NCBI GenBank assembly: GCA_950097015.1
Contig: CATNEN010000007.1
Coordinates: forward strand, 10,788,001 to 10,852,000
DNA from: Macrostomum hystrix
Taxonomy: Eukaryota > Animalia > Platyhelminthes
Direction of reading: 5' to 3'
DNA: 64,000 bases
Under the pieces are notes generated by a model that worked only from the letters and a program-made list of their open reading frames with translations, searched no databases and was not told where the DNA came from. The first letter of the stretch is position 1, and every line of letters begins with the position of its first letter. This document shows, piece after piece, positions 62,468-64,000 of the stretch. A program made the translations under genes and the position numbers.

Positions 62468-63813
62468 TCAAAGACCGGAGGTCATTGCGCTGTTGTCGAG
62501 GCTCGATTTGTCACTTAGGAGCGATCCGGTCAGCCCGATCAGGTTTTCTATGCTGGACTCTGCGGTGCTGAAGCCATGCGTGAAGGTCAGGCCGATGCTG
62601 CTCTGCATGTCCGAGTCGAAATCTGTGGGTAAATTAAAGTAGATAATTTACCAATTACTTCTATGTAAAACTTAAAGTAAGAATATTTATTTTCATTTTA
62701 GCACTGGACAATAAAATGCTTACTACTCAGGCTCAAGCTTCCATCATAGCCCTGCGCTGCTTTTTCAGACCCCTCGATCTGCGCAAAGGCTCTTGGAGAG
62801 CTCAGGCTGGCGGGCAGGCTGCAGTCGGAAGGCCAGAGGTTTCGCATGCGCAACCAGCGAGCCAGAAGGCCTGCTGGATCTTCAAGGCTAAGTAGCCAGC
62901 GAGCTTCAAACAGTGCAGCGAAGTTGGCCTCCTGGGTCTCCAGCACGATGCGGCCATTAAGGCACGAACCAATGCGCACCCCGTAGATGTTCTGCACGCT
63001 AGCCAGCAGTTGTCCGTTCTCTATGTCGCGGCTGAGAGAGGTTTCGTACGATAGGACCAGGCCTAAAGGCAGAGCTTGAACCAACCGCTGTTTCACTTCG
63101 AGCACACGAGTCGCATCCTGTCCATAAATGCTGATGAGATGGTCATCGTTGTGAAATTGTAGCATAACCTCAACCGTGCATAGAAAGTTGGCAAAGGCAT
63201 CCTCAGGGGCTGTATTTGCCGGCAAGTCGAAATCTTTGATAACTTGATAGCTGGCCGATAAAACTAAGTCTCTCCAGTGCACGTTCGGCAGACGCAATGT
63301 ATTGTACACGGCACCGGGGAAAAAATGCTGCACTTCGTTGGTCACTTGCAGAACTGCTGTTGACTGGCTCATCGTTCCGCGCACAGCAATTATTGTATAG
63401 TCACACTGCTGCTGATTCGATAAGGATATGCCCTTCTTGAAAGCCAGTTGAGAAAGGATGCACATTTGCTGAGCCTTCTCGTGACTTAATGTTGAGCTGG
63501 GCACAAAAAGCCGATTGATAAGCAGTTGATTATTCCTTATTCGCTCGCGACACTTCGCGAACTGTTGCACAAGTTTTCCCTCAGTGGCCCACGGGTCCGT
63601 CTTCATGCTGGCATTCGCTGGTGCCAAGATAACTTCGTCTTCGCCTTGCCAGCTAAAGTTTTGAGTCTCAGGCCTCACTCGCTCGGGGAAATGAATAAGC
63701 ATCTCCGTGCTCGCCTGCAGGAACTTGTGAGATTGACCCTTCTTGCCAATAAGATGGCTGTGGTCGTCGGATGATACGCTCATCCGAAGAGTTGGGCTCC
63801 GATTCATTGCCAT
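62468..63813 (-). CDS. Divergent Bicaudal-C-like KH-domain RNA-binding protein (exons 63813-62724, 62622-62468)
   Basis: 'LRMSVSSDDHSHLIGKKG...TEMLIHFP' matches the BicC-type KH pattern (MDVS...HSHVIGKGG...T...IHFP). A phase-compatible second exon ends at TGA 62468. Confidence 0.65.
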
Positions 63814-64000
63814 CGTAATCAAAGTCCTAGTCGAGGTCTGCTTATAGAGGAACACTGTGTTATGTATGTGCGTCGGATTCGGAAACTCTTGATCTTAAAT
63901 ATAGACTTGAAAGAGAAGTCGTTCTATTGGTCTGGGACATTCGAGTCTGATTGGCTAGAGAAAAAAGACATAAAATAACAAGTTTTAGCTGCTCGTTTTT

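Overview
Eukaryotic, invertebrate animal genomic DNA with GC-rich exons, GT-AG introns full of minisatellites, AT-rich spacers and a TTAGGG tract. The style suggests a flatworm such as Macrostomum, but that is inference only. Genes, left to right: two tandem SLC22-type MFS transporters (the first apparently broken), a small single-TM Gly-rich ORF, three VIT-vWA (VWA5A-like) paralogues (two on -, one on +), a C-terminal-motor kinesin-14, MCM8, GID4, an intronless DEG/ENaC channel, a claudin-like gene, DUS3L and a Bicaudal-C-like KH protein. Mobile DNA: two tRNA-derived SINEs (one CORE-type) and a 6.2-kb CCC-ended CACTA/EnSpm-type DNA transposon with an intact transposase, inserted between gag and protease of a decayed Gypsy-like element. 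The strongest unexplained signals are: (1) three VWA5A-like copies with a near-identical 1.87-kb VIT-vWA block starting at the ATG, followed by a copy-specific variable segment and mosaic 3' ends; (2) intronic minisatellites whose units copy the adjacent splice junction; (3) a 192-bp inverted duplication covering a transporter start codon. Exon boundaries were read by eye and no searches were run.
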